A stretch of 64,000 bases of DNA from Lingula anatina. Lineage: Eukaryota; Animalia; Brachiopoda. The number at the start of each line of letters is the position of its first letter. The stretch's first letter is position 1. A program made the position numbers and the translations under genes. The notes under the pieces are model-generated. The model made no database searches. It saw nothing but the letters and a program-made list of their open reading frames with translations, and was not told the origin of the DNA. Below, one piece after another: positions 13,156 through 24,811 of this stretch. Location of the stretch: assembly GCA_051362555.1 (NCBI GenBank), contig CM120645.1:11904001-11968000 (forward strand), written 5' to 3'.

Positions 13156-14347
13156 TATGCCAAATATGTTCAATATTTTGATAATATATAAGCCTTTTAA
13201 AATGGAATATCTAAGACGACTGATATCAAATTTGCCAGTCCCTTGAATAGGCCTTGCTGACACCGTCGTAAAGAAAAAAAACCCCATGCCAACCGACTTA
13301 TCGAACCAGGTATCTAAACTTTGAGCGTTCGTCACCAATTATCCAGGGGAGAGGGGGGGGGGTCTCAATAATATAATATCAACAGAGATTATCTTTTTAC
13401 GCGTTTTGTATTTTTAAATACAAATTACGAATTAAAATTAAGATCTGTAAGATCTTGGGGGTGGGTGGGGGTTTAAACCAAGGTTAAACCAAGTATCAAT
13501 TATATAGGTAACGACCGCATACAACCCATCAACGCCCCCCCCCCCCCCCCCCCCCGCCAAACATACGAACGAAACTACCTCTTTGATTCATGCACTTACG
13601 GGGTATTAGTACCTTTAATTATCATGTTCTTAGCAAAATCCATCAAACGCACATACGCTTCTCTTGTTAGACGGACGGCGCTCCCATTAATCGTTATTAG
13701 GCGTGTGTCCAACTTTCGACAAATTAACTGTCATTAGTTGACACATTCCAGATTGCATGTTATTTTTTCTTCTTCTCCTCTCTCTTGTATTTTCTAAAAA
13801 GGAAATAGATATAAGAGAATAATGATTCATTCCTACCGCAAAATATTCTCCTATATATGTTTTCTTTAATTATCTGTAAATGTGCTGCTATATATATTTA
13901 TTTTTTGTTATTTGATGATTAGCCATGATCCGATTGTACCTTATACGTGAAGGCGTAGGCCTACGTTTATTGATAAAGATTCCGTTGCATTTAAGATGTA
14001 GGCCTAAATATTGAGATCAGATAATTTTGCCTGTTTGAAAGTTAGGCCTACTATTTTTTTTTTTTTTTTGGTCATTCAAACGTGTGAGTTGGATTAGAAA
14101 AGTCTTCTGTACGATATTTAGATATCAAAATATGACTTCAGGTAGCTCCCCCCCCCCCCCCCCCCCCCCCGGCAGCCCAAGATCCTATAAGTTGTTATTC
14201 TTTCTAAAATAATCTAAAATGAAATAATCCTTTTGATAAGTTATGAAGGTGATATCAAAGGTCTCTAATTAAACTAGTCCGTGACAAGTAAACTCTCGAT
14301 CTGTTTCAGGCTCTGACATCGGTGACTAGTTGGGATCATTTTCAGTG

Positions 14348-17300
14348 ATGGCGGTTTCTGAAAAGACGTTGGCTGTTGCTCGAAGTTTTAAGGCAAAACT
14401 AGACGTGAGTGTGCGTTCCAAAAGATTGTATAGTTTCTAGAATGAGTGTTTAGACGGTTTTAACAGTAACAACATGTAACTCTGAATAACTAGCAAAAAA
14501 TATGAATTAGAAATCGAAAATAAAGCCCATGTGAGTATTTGAAATCTTTCATATTTTTAACAGCACTAATGACATGTGATGGTACATTGTAATCCATTTC
14601 TTTATCTCGTAGCAACTTGGCTGTCCCTTCACTGAAGATGTAGACGTGTCATGGATACTAGAGCTGATATTCAAGCCTGGAGAGCCCAGGATACGTTTGC
14701 TCCAGTGGCTGTTTTCAAAGTAAGACAACTAATCTATAAAACAGGCGTCTAAGACAAATTTAGTGCTTGGATGAATGAATGGATAAGATGGAGTTGACCA
14801 CAGGTGACTCGCGTGTCTGAGGGCATGACGGCATGAAGGTATCATTCTTTGTAGGGACCATTGCTGAATGAATGCTGTGCCTCCAGCAGCTCAATCGGCT
14901 TCTGGAAGCTTTTTTACTTGATTTTGATTACCATCCAATGCACACAAAATCACAAAAGGGTATTTGATGTACATTAAATATTCCCTTATGTCTTTGAGGC
15001 CTTAGACAGAGGTTGCTTTGAAGTTAGAATGTTATTAAACAGCCTCTTTTTAATTTGAATACCATTTAACTGAAATAAAGTGTATGTATAACTTTAACAC
15101 TTCACTGGAGTTAACTTTTTTTCCAAGGTTTGACTCCAAGTTGAATGACATGTTAGATCCACAGTTTGCTGCCACTGACACTAAAATTGACTCCAGAATT
15201 CAGAGTAAGTACATTGATTAAATGGGACAGAGTATCCATATATTTGTTTGTGTTTCCGATTAAGTCCTTATTTGTCTAAAAATTTCATTTATTTAAGTTG
15301 ATTCAGGTTGTTGCAAACAGTGTGCATCTTATACTTTGCATTGTCATAGGCAGACTGTGATGCAAGTGAAATTTCTAGCAAATATTCACACAACTGATAC
15401 AAATTTTGGTAATGATAACAACAATAACAACAGTAATAATAAATTAAGACATTTTAAAAAAATTCCTTGATTTCAATGATTTGATGTTCTCTTTTATTAA
15501 AGGACTACTGTTTATAGCGAACACTTTGGGACTGTGCAGATATGATGATGTGGACCTCATAAGGGTGAGATATTAAATGGTGTTCCAAGTACAGTTCATC
15601 TCTCCTAAACTTAGTTAAGAAAATGTGGTTGGCACAGTTTTTGAAAATAGTAAAATTTGCTGGCGTTGTGGGGATATTCTAGTACCAACAACCCGTTGCT
15701 CTATTTTTTTTTTAATATACCATTGTCAATCAATTTTTGAGACCACTGTGTTTGAACTTCCTTAACTTATTAGAGTAATTGTTGGCAAGCACTGGAATGT
15801 TGTAAAGAGATTTAGCAAAAGTGATTTATTTTATTTCAAAAGTCTGAATCCTTTATACTCAACTTATTTTATGCTATACAATATCTTTATGACATATTTC
15901 AATAATTAATCTGGACTTCTTTATTTTATATTTTCAGGGTGTTGCCTCTCAGGCTAAACAAATCTCTTTCATGGATCAACTGTTAGACTTGGTGTGGATT
16001 AAAGACACAGCTGATGATCCTCAGCTCAGACACATGCAGAGTCCAGGAGTGGTTAGGTATAGGATGGTAGATCCTTTTTAAAATGCATGTGTAGATTAAT
16101 ATCATGTGGCACTTTTTTGAGGCATTCTTCTTCATAGCAGGGTTTATATGCAGTGAGGATTGGGTGATTGTATTGCTTGACATTTAAAATATTTTTATTT
16201 ATTATATTAGATTGGTATTAATATTGGAGTGTATCAAGGATAAATATGCAGCAGTACTTCTGCAGTAAAATCACATTGAACCCCCATTTGTGTCTGATTA
16301 ATTCATCTCTATTCAGTGGCATTTGAAAAGTTATCACTTCTGAGTGACTAAGCTTTAAATCTTGACCTTGTTATACTACCAAATTATTCAGCCAGTGAAC
16401 CTCTTAATGGCATTTTTTCTCATTGGCTTGTATCCTGTCCAAATTCATAATAATTTGACTTCAGTTGGCAGTTGCTTCTAACAAATATATAAAGCTCCAT
16501 GCATTTTTGTCAGCATTATGGGTTATAAATATATTAAGTCATACAAAATGAATTTTGTTGTTCAATGTGCTATAGATTACCGTCTGTATCTAGAGACAAC
16601 TGTCAGTAGCACATTACATGCCACATAAATAATTTCCACATAGTGTTTATATTTTTGCTCAGAGTGTCGTTTATTTTTTACTGATAGTGAGACCACCCAA
16701 ATAGATGACCAGTTTACTCAAGACTGTTGGCTGGCAGACACAATAGCTGGTCAGGAGAGGATGCACACCATGTTCAGTCCCAAGGCGCGCCTCCTGCCCC
16801 CTGATCTCATGAAGTCTGTGGAACAAAGTTGGAAGCAGAGGGAGAAGAAGAATCCAAATTGGTAATTTATTTAAAGCAGGATTGTTGACTATGTGCACTT
16901 CTGCATGTTTTACTCACTGTTAGCAATGTTTTATCTTCCTTTGGTTTGCTGTTGTTTTCAGCTTTTTTATGTACAGACACAGATGTGTCTGTACATATAG
17001 CCATCATCTGCGTCTGTCGTCGCCGTCGTCGCCGTCGGTGCCGTCGTCGCCGTGCACTTTTACCGATAACACGATAAGTGGAAAACCATTTTACCTTTTG
17101 ACTTGAAACTTGCAGAACTGATGAATATTCATAGTACGCAGGTCAAGTTCGAAAATCAGCATGATCGGGTCACTTTTAGGGAATTTATGCTGTTTTTTCA
17201 CTTTTTTCAGCAAATATGCAGCACCGATAACACGATAAGTGGAAAACCATTTTACCTTTTGACTTGAAACTTACAGAACTGATGAATATTCATAATACGC

Positions 17301-20300
17301 AGGTCAAGTTCGAAAATCAGCATGATCGGGTCACTTTTAGGGTATTTATGCTGTTTTTTCACTTTTTTCAGCATATATGCAGCACCGATAACACGATAAG
17401 TGGAAAACCATTTTACCTTTTGACTTGAAACTTACAGAACTGATGAATATTCATAATATGCAGGTCAAGTTCGAAAATCAGCATGCTTGGGCCATTTTTA
17501 GGGAATTTATGCTTTTTTTTCACTATTTTCAATATAAATACAACACTGATAACACAATATAAGAAAAACGGATTGGCCAATTGTAATTATACTCACAGGA
17601 GTGGTCAATCTTACTAAAACGCAGGTTGAGTTCGAAAATCAGCATAATCGGGCCATTATTTTAGAAGTTATACTGTTTTTCACATTTCCTCAGATTCAAT
17701 TATTAGGCATGTTAACAGTCTCATTATTTAACTAATAAGATGCCTAAAAGTGTTTGTTTGATATTTCCTGCATCTTTACAACATTGTTAGTTGATTATGT
17801 AAAAAACATGGTAAACTTGTTATCATGTATTGTGTAATAAAGTGTCAAAAATGGAAATAAACTCATATCATTGCAGTTTGTCAGATTCAATCATCCACTA
17901 TGTTCAGAATGGAGGAAATTGGACATTTAACACTGTTCTATTGATACTTTTCCCATCTCATCAATTTTCTTAGTTGGTCATATAAAATGGCAGTAAAATG
18001 TTTATTTTGTTTTATGTTAAAAAAGTGTTAAAAATGGAAATAAACCCATTTCAGAACAGTGCTGTCTTGTTTACATTTTGGCATTTTCAAGGCGTGACTT
18101 TGAAGTTCCATGGGCCTGAAGACCTTGCTAGTCACATTTTCTGAATATCTGTGAAACAAATATTTTATAATTAAAAATTGATGGTCATTAAGCTGTTAAA
18201 CATTATGTAATATTGCATCAAAATTTGAAGAAACCCCTATTTTGGGCACTGCTTCCATGATGACCATTTAAGGAAAATCATGTCACTTACTGTTCTCAAA
18301 CTTACAGGAAAGAAACATGGGACTAAAATACAGCTTCAGTAGGCAATGCAGTCTGTTTGGTATTTTTATTTATTTATTTATTTATTTTTTTTTTTGGCAG
18401 TTAAACAGTTTTTTGTGAAAATTTAATTTTTCACATATTGGCATTTTCAAGGTGTGACTTTAAAGTTCCATGATCTTGAAGACTTTTGCTTGTCACATTT
18501 TCTGAATGTCCATGTTACTAATATTTTATTAATAACATTTGATTGTCATTATGCTGTTAAACATTATGTAATGTTGCATCAAAATTTGAAGAAACCCCTA
18601 TTTTGGGCACTGCTCCTATGATGACCATTTAAGGGAAATCATGTCACTTACTGTTCTCAAACTTACAGGAAAGAAACATGGGTCTAACATACAGCTTCAA
18701 TAGGCAACGCAGTCTGTTTGGTAAATTTTTCTGGCAATTTAACAGTTATTTGTGAAAATTTAATTTTTCACTTATTTGCATCTTTATTTTCTGTTCTTTG
18801 TCTGTACATTTGACAGCTTTGCTGCCTTGTATTAAAGATTGAAGCCCATTGGACATTAACGGATTTGACTATCATTGGAAAAAGTGTGCAAGTAACACGT
18901 TTTCAGTTTTCTTCTATTTTTATGTTCTCAAAAAAAAGATCAGTCTGAAATTTAGTGATGATATGGATAATTTCCCACTTCCCTTTCAGTTCCCATGTCC
19001 CAGATATAACACAGCTTGTCCAGATGTCACAAGAACTGTCCAGAAATTTGGCCAGGCAGACAGAAATACTTAATGAATTAAAAGCAGGTGTAAGTATAAC
19101 AATGCTACCAAACACAGATTCTGAATCAAGAGGGCAGAATAAGCTTCTGTTCCACTCCAGAAAGGGAAGGTTGTACAGCTTTATCTAAGTACAGCAAAAG
19201 GACCCATCTGTGACATTTTACCCCCCAAAACTTATTTAAAAGATATTTAAACAAGTACAACTTCTAAACTAGTACACATTTACAAGCTTGGCATTGTAGA
19301 GCCATTACCATTCATTATAAACGTCATTACCTTCCATAGATACCATTATTGTTTTGATAACTGCATTTAGATTACTCTCTCTTTATTTTCCAGTACCATC
19401 TCCCAGAGCAGGATGATGCTCTCCAGGACAAAGTGACCAGAACACTGAGACTGGTGCTGTCAGAATTGTCCCAGCTAGTTGTGGGGTTTTCTTATGTCTT
19501 TGAAAATGAGATGCGGCAGTGGTGTAATAAGACACCGCCCTCCCTGACGGAGCTGGGCCCAGCTTTTAAAAGAGTTCACACCATGCTACAGCAATTTACA
19601 GCTGTATGTACTTTTCTTTTTCATCTGGTCTCACTGTATTGGTCCATCTTCATAGTATTTAATTTTATTTATTATTATTGTCTGGTATTGCTTTTTTAGC
19701 CCATCTTCAGTTTATAATTTTATTTATTTTTAATTCTTAAAATTGTATTGTTCGAACATGTATGCAAGAAAACGAAACATTTTTATCAATTTTTGGTAAA
19801 AAGATATTAATAATCTACATTTCTAGTCACCTTCTGTTGTCAACTTTGCAACAAATACTTTTTTAGCTATTACAAGGTTTATCAACAATAAGAAGTTCCT
19901 ATACAACTGTGTGTGAAGAAAGTTCTGAGAGGACTAAAACCATCTTAAATCCAGACAAGACAGCAGGATTAGGTAAACAGATAATTTATGCCTAGCATTG
20001 GCAGTGTAATATGATTTCAGTAATTCCTTCATAGTTATATATGTTTGGTAAAGTTTACTGTTATTTATTCATTTTTTTTTTGTAAGTGTAAATGTATCAT
20101 CAGGTCAAGTGTAGAACACACAGTGCATTGTGTGTATTTGCCAAGAAACTGAAGATTTCCTTTCTCGGAATCTACTTAATCTCATCATCCTCGTTCAACT
20201 CTCAGTAATAATCATGGAAGATTCTTTAATCAAACAGTCAAAATCAAGTCTACAATGTTACGAAATTTGTCAAAATGATATGAAGGCAAAAATGCCCGAG

Positions 20301-20812
20301 AACAGTCAAGGTGCATTCACAATTAAACTTTTGTAATTTCAGTAGTTCAAATTAATTGGGGGCTTTCCAGGAGTGCAATCGGATTACTGTAGAAGACTAA
20401 TATGCCTCTTCCTGGCATGGAGTAAAACAGTAAAGCTGGTGATTGTACTTAGAAACGAGGGGAGTAGGATAGTGTACATTGTGAATGCACCCAAAGTCTC
20501 AGTTTATATATAATCCATTAATTGCCAATACTACCATCAGACATGATTAAATTAAGCAGAAAGCAGGGTTCCAGGGCTCCTCCAGGTGAAGGATGACCCA
20601 AAAGATGGAATTGCAATTACAAAATCATCACATTTTTGTCTTGGTAACCAACTGTAATTTTTGATCCCATTTCAGCATATGTCAGCCAAGCAGCCTTGGA
20701 CAGTTTCCAGGAGTGCGTCTCTGTTCTGGAGGAGACTATGAGACACAGGGGTCAGAGGAAAGGACACTCGGAGGCCAGTTTTCTTGGAAATTCTACCATG
20801 ATCAAACTGTGA
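14348..20812 (+). CDS. HAUS7: HAUS augmin-like complex subunit 7
   Basis: Exons approx 14348-14404, 14613-14719, 15128-15204, 15503-15564, 15938-16056, 16688-16861, 18990-19087, 19394-19603, 19867-19971, 20676-20812. Translation KLDQLGCPF...PGEPRIRLLQWLF...LGLCRYDDVDLIRG...KQISFMDQLLD resembles the HAUS7 N-terminus as I recall it. Confidence 0.85.
17062..17690. repeat. 161-bp tandem repeat, ~4 copies
   Basis: Units start at 17062, 17223, 17384, 17545; last copy diverged. Confidence 0.95.
18074..18775. repeat. ~360-bp tandem duplication
   Basis: ttggcattttcaagg(c/t)gtgacttt... repeated at ~18074 and ~18434. Confidence 0.9.
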
Positions 20813-20918
20813 TGGTCCTTTGTGGGGAAGAAAATTTCTGAGCACAGCCATTTGCCAAGAAGGAATAGGAATTTTTTCTGTATGGTCCAATCTCAAAAAC
20901 ATTTGGTAACCCTTCTAA

Positions 20919-21464
20919 GAGCGCATTCTCAACGAATTAAGCCAGGCTTTACAAAGCCGGTGACCTAAAAATGGCGGACGTACATGAAAGAAAAACCGCC
21001 TAATCTTTTAATAGTCTCTCCGCCTCCCCACACGTCGTCCCTGCGGGGTACAGTAATTAAATCTCGGCTCCGTTCGCCATGCGGAAGCTACCTGAGAAAT
21101 ATTAAGTGCGCATGCTCATCAGTTAAACTCGTGGTGAAGAAAGCATGGCGGCTGAAGGCGATCGAAGGAAAAAAGCTCTTCTCTTCTATTATCTTTGAAA
21201 ACAGAGACGAAAAAGGAATAATTTGGCCCGTAGAGCAGCAATGAATCGACTATCTACAGAGATAATATCACCAGAAATATTCACGGAAATATTAATGTTC
21301 GGAGCCGAGATTTAATTACTGTACCCCGCAGGGACGACGTGTGGGGAGGCGTGTGAGAGGCGGAGAGACTATTAAAAGATTAGGCGGTTTTTCTTTCATG
21401 TACGTCCGCCATTTTTAGGTCACCGGCTTTGTAAAGCCTGGCTTAATTCGTTGAGAATGCGCTC
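20919..21464. mobile_element. PIF/Harbinger-type MITE with ~155-bp terminal inverted repeats
   Basis: GAGCGCATTCTCAACG...CGTTGAGAATGCGCTC near-perfect long TIRs; TAA target duplication at 20916-20918 and 21465-21467. Confidence 0.9.
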
Positions 21465-21864
21465 TAATTCTAGCAAATGGTTTGGACTAGATGTATTCCT
21501 CATATTAATCCAGACTTAAAACAATTCAACTTGGTAGTAATGGGGAAAAAAAAACGGCTCATCAAGTACTTCAGGAAATCGTGCCTGAGGATGGAAATGA
21601 TACGGCATTTGCAGATCTCTACAGAGAATGGCTAAACAGGGATTGACCAAACTATTTCCATGAATGGCTTCATACTTGTTACTTCTTGGTTATTGAAATA
21701 AATTATTTTTCTACAAGACATTTCCCTTTTGATTTTATACTCTGGTATTCACACTACTGAAATATTACTTATTGAAAGAAAATATTCCTCGAATGAAAAT
21801 AAGTTTTTGTTTGGTTTCTATTGCAAATCCAAACACCATTTATAAAAGCCACAAAAAACAATAT

Positions 21865-23051
21865 TTTTTTAATTTTCAAAATATCTTTTATTCAAAAAAT
21901 GTTTCTAAACTCAAAAAAAGTAAGGACTAAAAAATTGCATATGAAAAAAAAAATGCTCAGCATCATTTATGTCGGTTTTGTTAACAATTATATAGTATCA
22001 GAAATATCGCAACATGTCATTTGGTGTTCTAGATGAACGTACAATCAGACTTACAACCAGGGATAAAGGATGCAGCAGCAGCAGGCAAGAATAAAGTTAT
22101 TGCATTTGCCCCCTAAAACCTGAAAAGGGACTTTATAAAGAACCAAGGTTGTAATATGTAAAAATACATCAATAATTTACACAGTACATAATTGCTACTT
22201 CTAGAAAGACTGATCAAAACATTGACAACTTAATATAAAATGAAACAAAATGTACTTATCAGTTCCTGAAATAAAAGAAAATTACAAACAGATTTCAAAC
22301 TGTAGGGTTTTGTTGTTAACTTAAAGAGTTCAAATCAAGTATTCAAAGTTATAATCATTTTACTGATGGATAAATAAACATAAAACTAGACTGAACCCAA
22401 CAGACTACACTACACACTTATTCCACTTCCTCCAGTTTCCTGGGACAACTGTACTTAGTTCCCACATGTCGCCATAGCAACTGGAGTTAACCCTGCATCT
22501 TTACAATGCCCCCTTGTGGATTGTGACTGCTTCACTGGGATTTTTTCTTTTTCAGGCTGAGGGAAATCAAACACAACATTAGTAACAGATGTCCTTACTC
22601 ATGCCACAGCAGTTATACTGTGGTAATACTAGTCTGGGAAAGTTTGCTACATTACAAGTTGGTATAACGTTTTTCATTCGTATTTAACCAACAGACTGGT
22701 TTTGATGTTCTGTATAACGAAGTCTGACAATTTGTAACATTTTCACAAAGTAAACCGTCAAAGCAGGCTAACATCTCAATATCCTTGCATTTCATTCACG
22801 GATCTTAACATCAATCTTGCTTTCTTTTTTTACCAGTCTGACAGAAAACTCTTTCTGATACTACACAAAGGGCAACAAAGTATTCTCAAGTGTACGTAAT
22901 CAGCATACTAGTACACATATTTAAATATGAATATGTAGATACAACCACATATTACCTCATTCTTTGATGGTGATACCCTTTTGCACCCACTGCATTGCCT
23001 TGCTCAAGCTCGGCAACTGTAGGGGACTACTGAGCCTTTTTCAATCTGCTG
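21865..23051 (-). other. Putative spliced non-coding (3'UTR or lncRNA) exons downstream of HEXIM
   Basis: Minus-strand pyrimidine-tract AG acceptors precede exons 23051-22956, 22556-22455, 22265-22256 and 22119-~21865 (optional 22860-22834); AATAAA on minus at 21892-21887. Confidence 0.55.
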
Positions 23052-23204
23052 CTGAAAGGGAACAAATATAATTAGTAAACACTGTTTTCGTAATCAATAT
23101 TGCAACATTCGCACCACTGAGCAATCAGCACCTGTTCTATTTGAGGTAATGTGTGCAATGGCACGGATTCTCTACACCAAATGTTATGTTTATCAAACTA
23201 AAAG

Positions 23205-23942
23205 TCATGAGAATTCTTCATCTTCTTTGGATTCCACCAGGTGTTGTTTCAGGTGATGATTTTCTCTCCTCAAGGCCTGGTTCACCACCTGCAACCCTGT
23301 CAGCTCGGCTTTAAGTGTGCTTAGGGATGGTCTAACGGACAAAAATTGCTCTTCATCCTCTTCCTCTGAACCAAAATTGTCAGTTTCATTTAATCTACTC
23401 TCCATCTGTGTCAGTCTCTCTTCCATGTCAAAAATTTTTGAAACGAGTTCACATTTAGGGAGCTTTTCAAGCTCTTCACATTTTATAGATTCAAATACGT
23501 TTTTAAAGTCTTGAGAGAGGTAAGTAAACGTATCAATGTCATCGGGTGAATTGTACTCATAATCTATGTCTGAATATTCTGGAGAGTTTTTCAGCGAAGA
23601 CCCCGTTGAATCTGTAACGTGAAATCTTTGGTCTGCCAGTTCAAAGTCTGTGTACAATTCACAATCAACTAAACTCAAGTGATCGTCCATGATAAACTGT
23701 GTTGAATTGCACGGTGCCTTTAGAGTACAATACGGTCTTAAAGGTTTATCTTTTGTAGAACTGGATGGCACGTGATAGGGCGACACCCGATATTCGTCAA
23801 TATTTTGGCACGTTTCCAAATCCTCCTCAAACTGATTTTCACGTACAGTTTTCACTTTTGATTTCTTTCCTCGTCGAGTTTTTCTCATCTTCTTCATATT
23901 TTCTGCTTCCATCATGTCTAAATTGTCAATTTCAACAAGCAT
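23205..23942 (-). CDS. HEXIM: HEXIM-family protein (P-TEFb/7SK regulator), intronless, divergent
   Basis: Basic RKTRRGKKSK; APCNSTQFIMDDH (PYNT-motif position); acidic region; YLSQDFKNVFESIKCEELEKLPKCELVSKIFDMEERL and a second coiled coil match the HEXIM cyclin-T-binding region. First ATG at 23942 (ORF track starts at a TTG, 23993). Confidence 0.85.
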   Translation of the reverse strand: MLVEIDNLDMMEAENMKKMRKTRRGKKSKVKTVRENQFEEDLETCQNIDEYRVSPYHVPSSSTKDKPLRPYCTLKAPCNSTQFIMDDHLSLVDCELYTDFELADQRFHVTDSTGSSLKNSPEYSDIDYEYNSPDDIDTFTYLSQDFKNVFESIKCEELEKLPKCELVSKIFDMEERLTQMESRLNETDNFGSEEEDEEQFLSVRPSLSTLKAELTGLQVVNQALRRENHHLKQHLVESKEDEEFS

Positions 23943-23999
23943 GCTACTGAGTAGCGACTGATACACGTGAAAAGGAATGAAACGTTGATGCAACGAATC

Positions 24000-24510
24000 A
24001 AAATGGCGGGGAAATAATATCCGCCCAAGTGTTTTACGACTCGACTTTTTAGTAAAATTCTAGACGATTCTACTTAAGTCACAGTTTCAGATGAATCAAA
24101 GTACTGTCTTTTGCCTCACAAATGTGGAAAAAGTTTCTCTATTACCTAGATAATCACGAACTAGGAGACAATCTATGGCTCTCTCTGCCCACACGTTCTC
24201 CTCGGTGGCTCTCTTCTCGATAAATGACGATGTTGCTACGTTTCCAGTGTTTTGTATTTCATTGGACGTCGATACGACGTTCATGACGTCATTGTAAAAT
24301 CTAAGCCAATAAAACACGCGATTTCCTTACCACGTGACAAAGTGGCAGCTGATCCATATATTGCAGTGTAGTTGTGAAATAAATTAACTTTGGAAAAATA
24401 AAATATTGTATGTTTTAAATCTTTCTCAGTGTTAAAAATAAGAATGACATCATCCCATTATGGCAGTATATAAAGTGAGCTCAATATAAAACTGAGGAAT
24501 GAATCAGCTG
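24000..24510. promoter_or_regulatory. Bidirectional HEXIM/IFRD1 promoter
   Basis: YY1-like AAAATGGCGG ~24000-24009; CCAAT in both orientations (24261, 24306); perfect CRE TGACGTCA 24284-24291; E-box CACGTGAC 24331; TGACATCA 24445; TATATAAA 24467-24474. Confidence 0.7.
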
Positions 24511-24641
24511 TTCATTTTGCGCCAGAGTTTACCCCATCCCCGCTTTCGTAGTAGACAAACAAGTTAGTGTGATAGGAGAGATCGCTGTGATTACTGGCGG
24601 ATAGTAGAGAATAGGGTGTGACCTAGAAACCTCGTGGACGC

Positions 24642-24689
24642 ATGTTCATATTAGTGACTCGACAGGCAATATGTGTATGTTGTTTTTGA
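24642..24689 (+). promoter_or_regulatory. IFRD1 uORF1 (MFILVTRQAICVCCF*)
   Basis: First ATG downstream of the TATA-inferred TSS; ends TGT TGT TTT TGA. Confidence 0.6.
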
Positions 24690-24760
24690 AGAATATTTAC
24701 ACAGATTTCATTCCGTTTTCATTAATAAAATACAATATATTTGACCATATACCTTCGTGA
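24671..24760 (+). promoter_or_regulatory. IFRD1 uORF2 (MCMLFLKNIYTDFIPFSLIKYNIFDHIPS*), in frame with main CDS
   Basis: 29-codon ORF whose TGA (24758-24760) abuts ATG 24761, which is in frame with ATG 24812. Confidence 0.65.
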
Positions 24761-24811
24761 ATGTTAGGAAACAGGAAAGAAGCGTCGCTGGAGAAGAGAA
24801 AACGCAAAACG

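Larger units (their letters stand above)
16963..18832 (+). mobile_element. Non-autonomous Helentron-associated element (HINE/DINE-like) with internal tandem repeats, in a HAUS7 intron
   Basis: T-rich start; 5' palindrome atgtacagacac/gtgtctgtacat (16969-16996); (gtcgcc)n microsatellite; internal tandem repeats; 3' tgtctgtacat copy plus short hairpin near 18800-18830. Confidence 0.8.

Noticed and set aside
17062-17690. Regular repeats as a possible CRISPR array
   Set aside because: Head-to-tail 161-bp units with no unique spacers, eukaryotic context, no cas genes.
20984-21244. 86-aa ORF inside the MITE
   Set aside because: No transposase motifs; starts within the TIR.
21900-24600. 7SK RNA gene or C/D snoRNA near HEXIM
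   Set aside because: No paired GAUC/GAUC 5' stem, Pol III layout or properly spaced C/D boxes seen by eye; an Infernal scan would be needed to exclude it.
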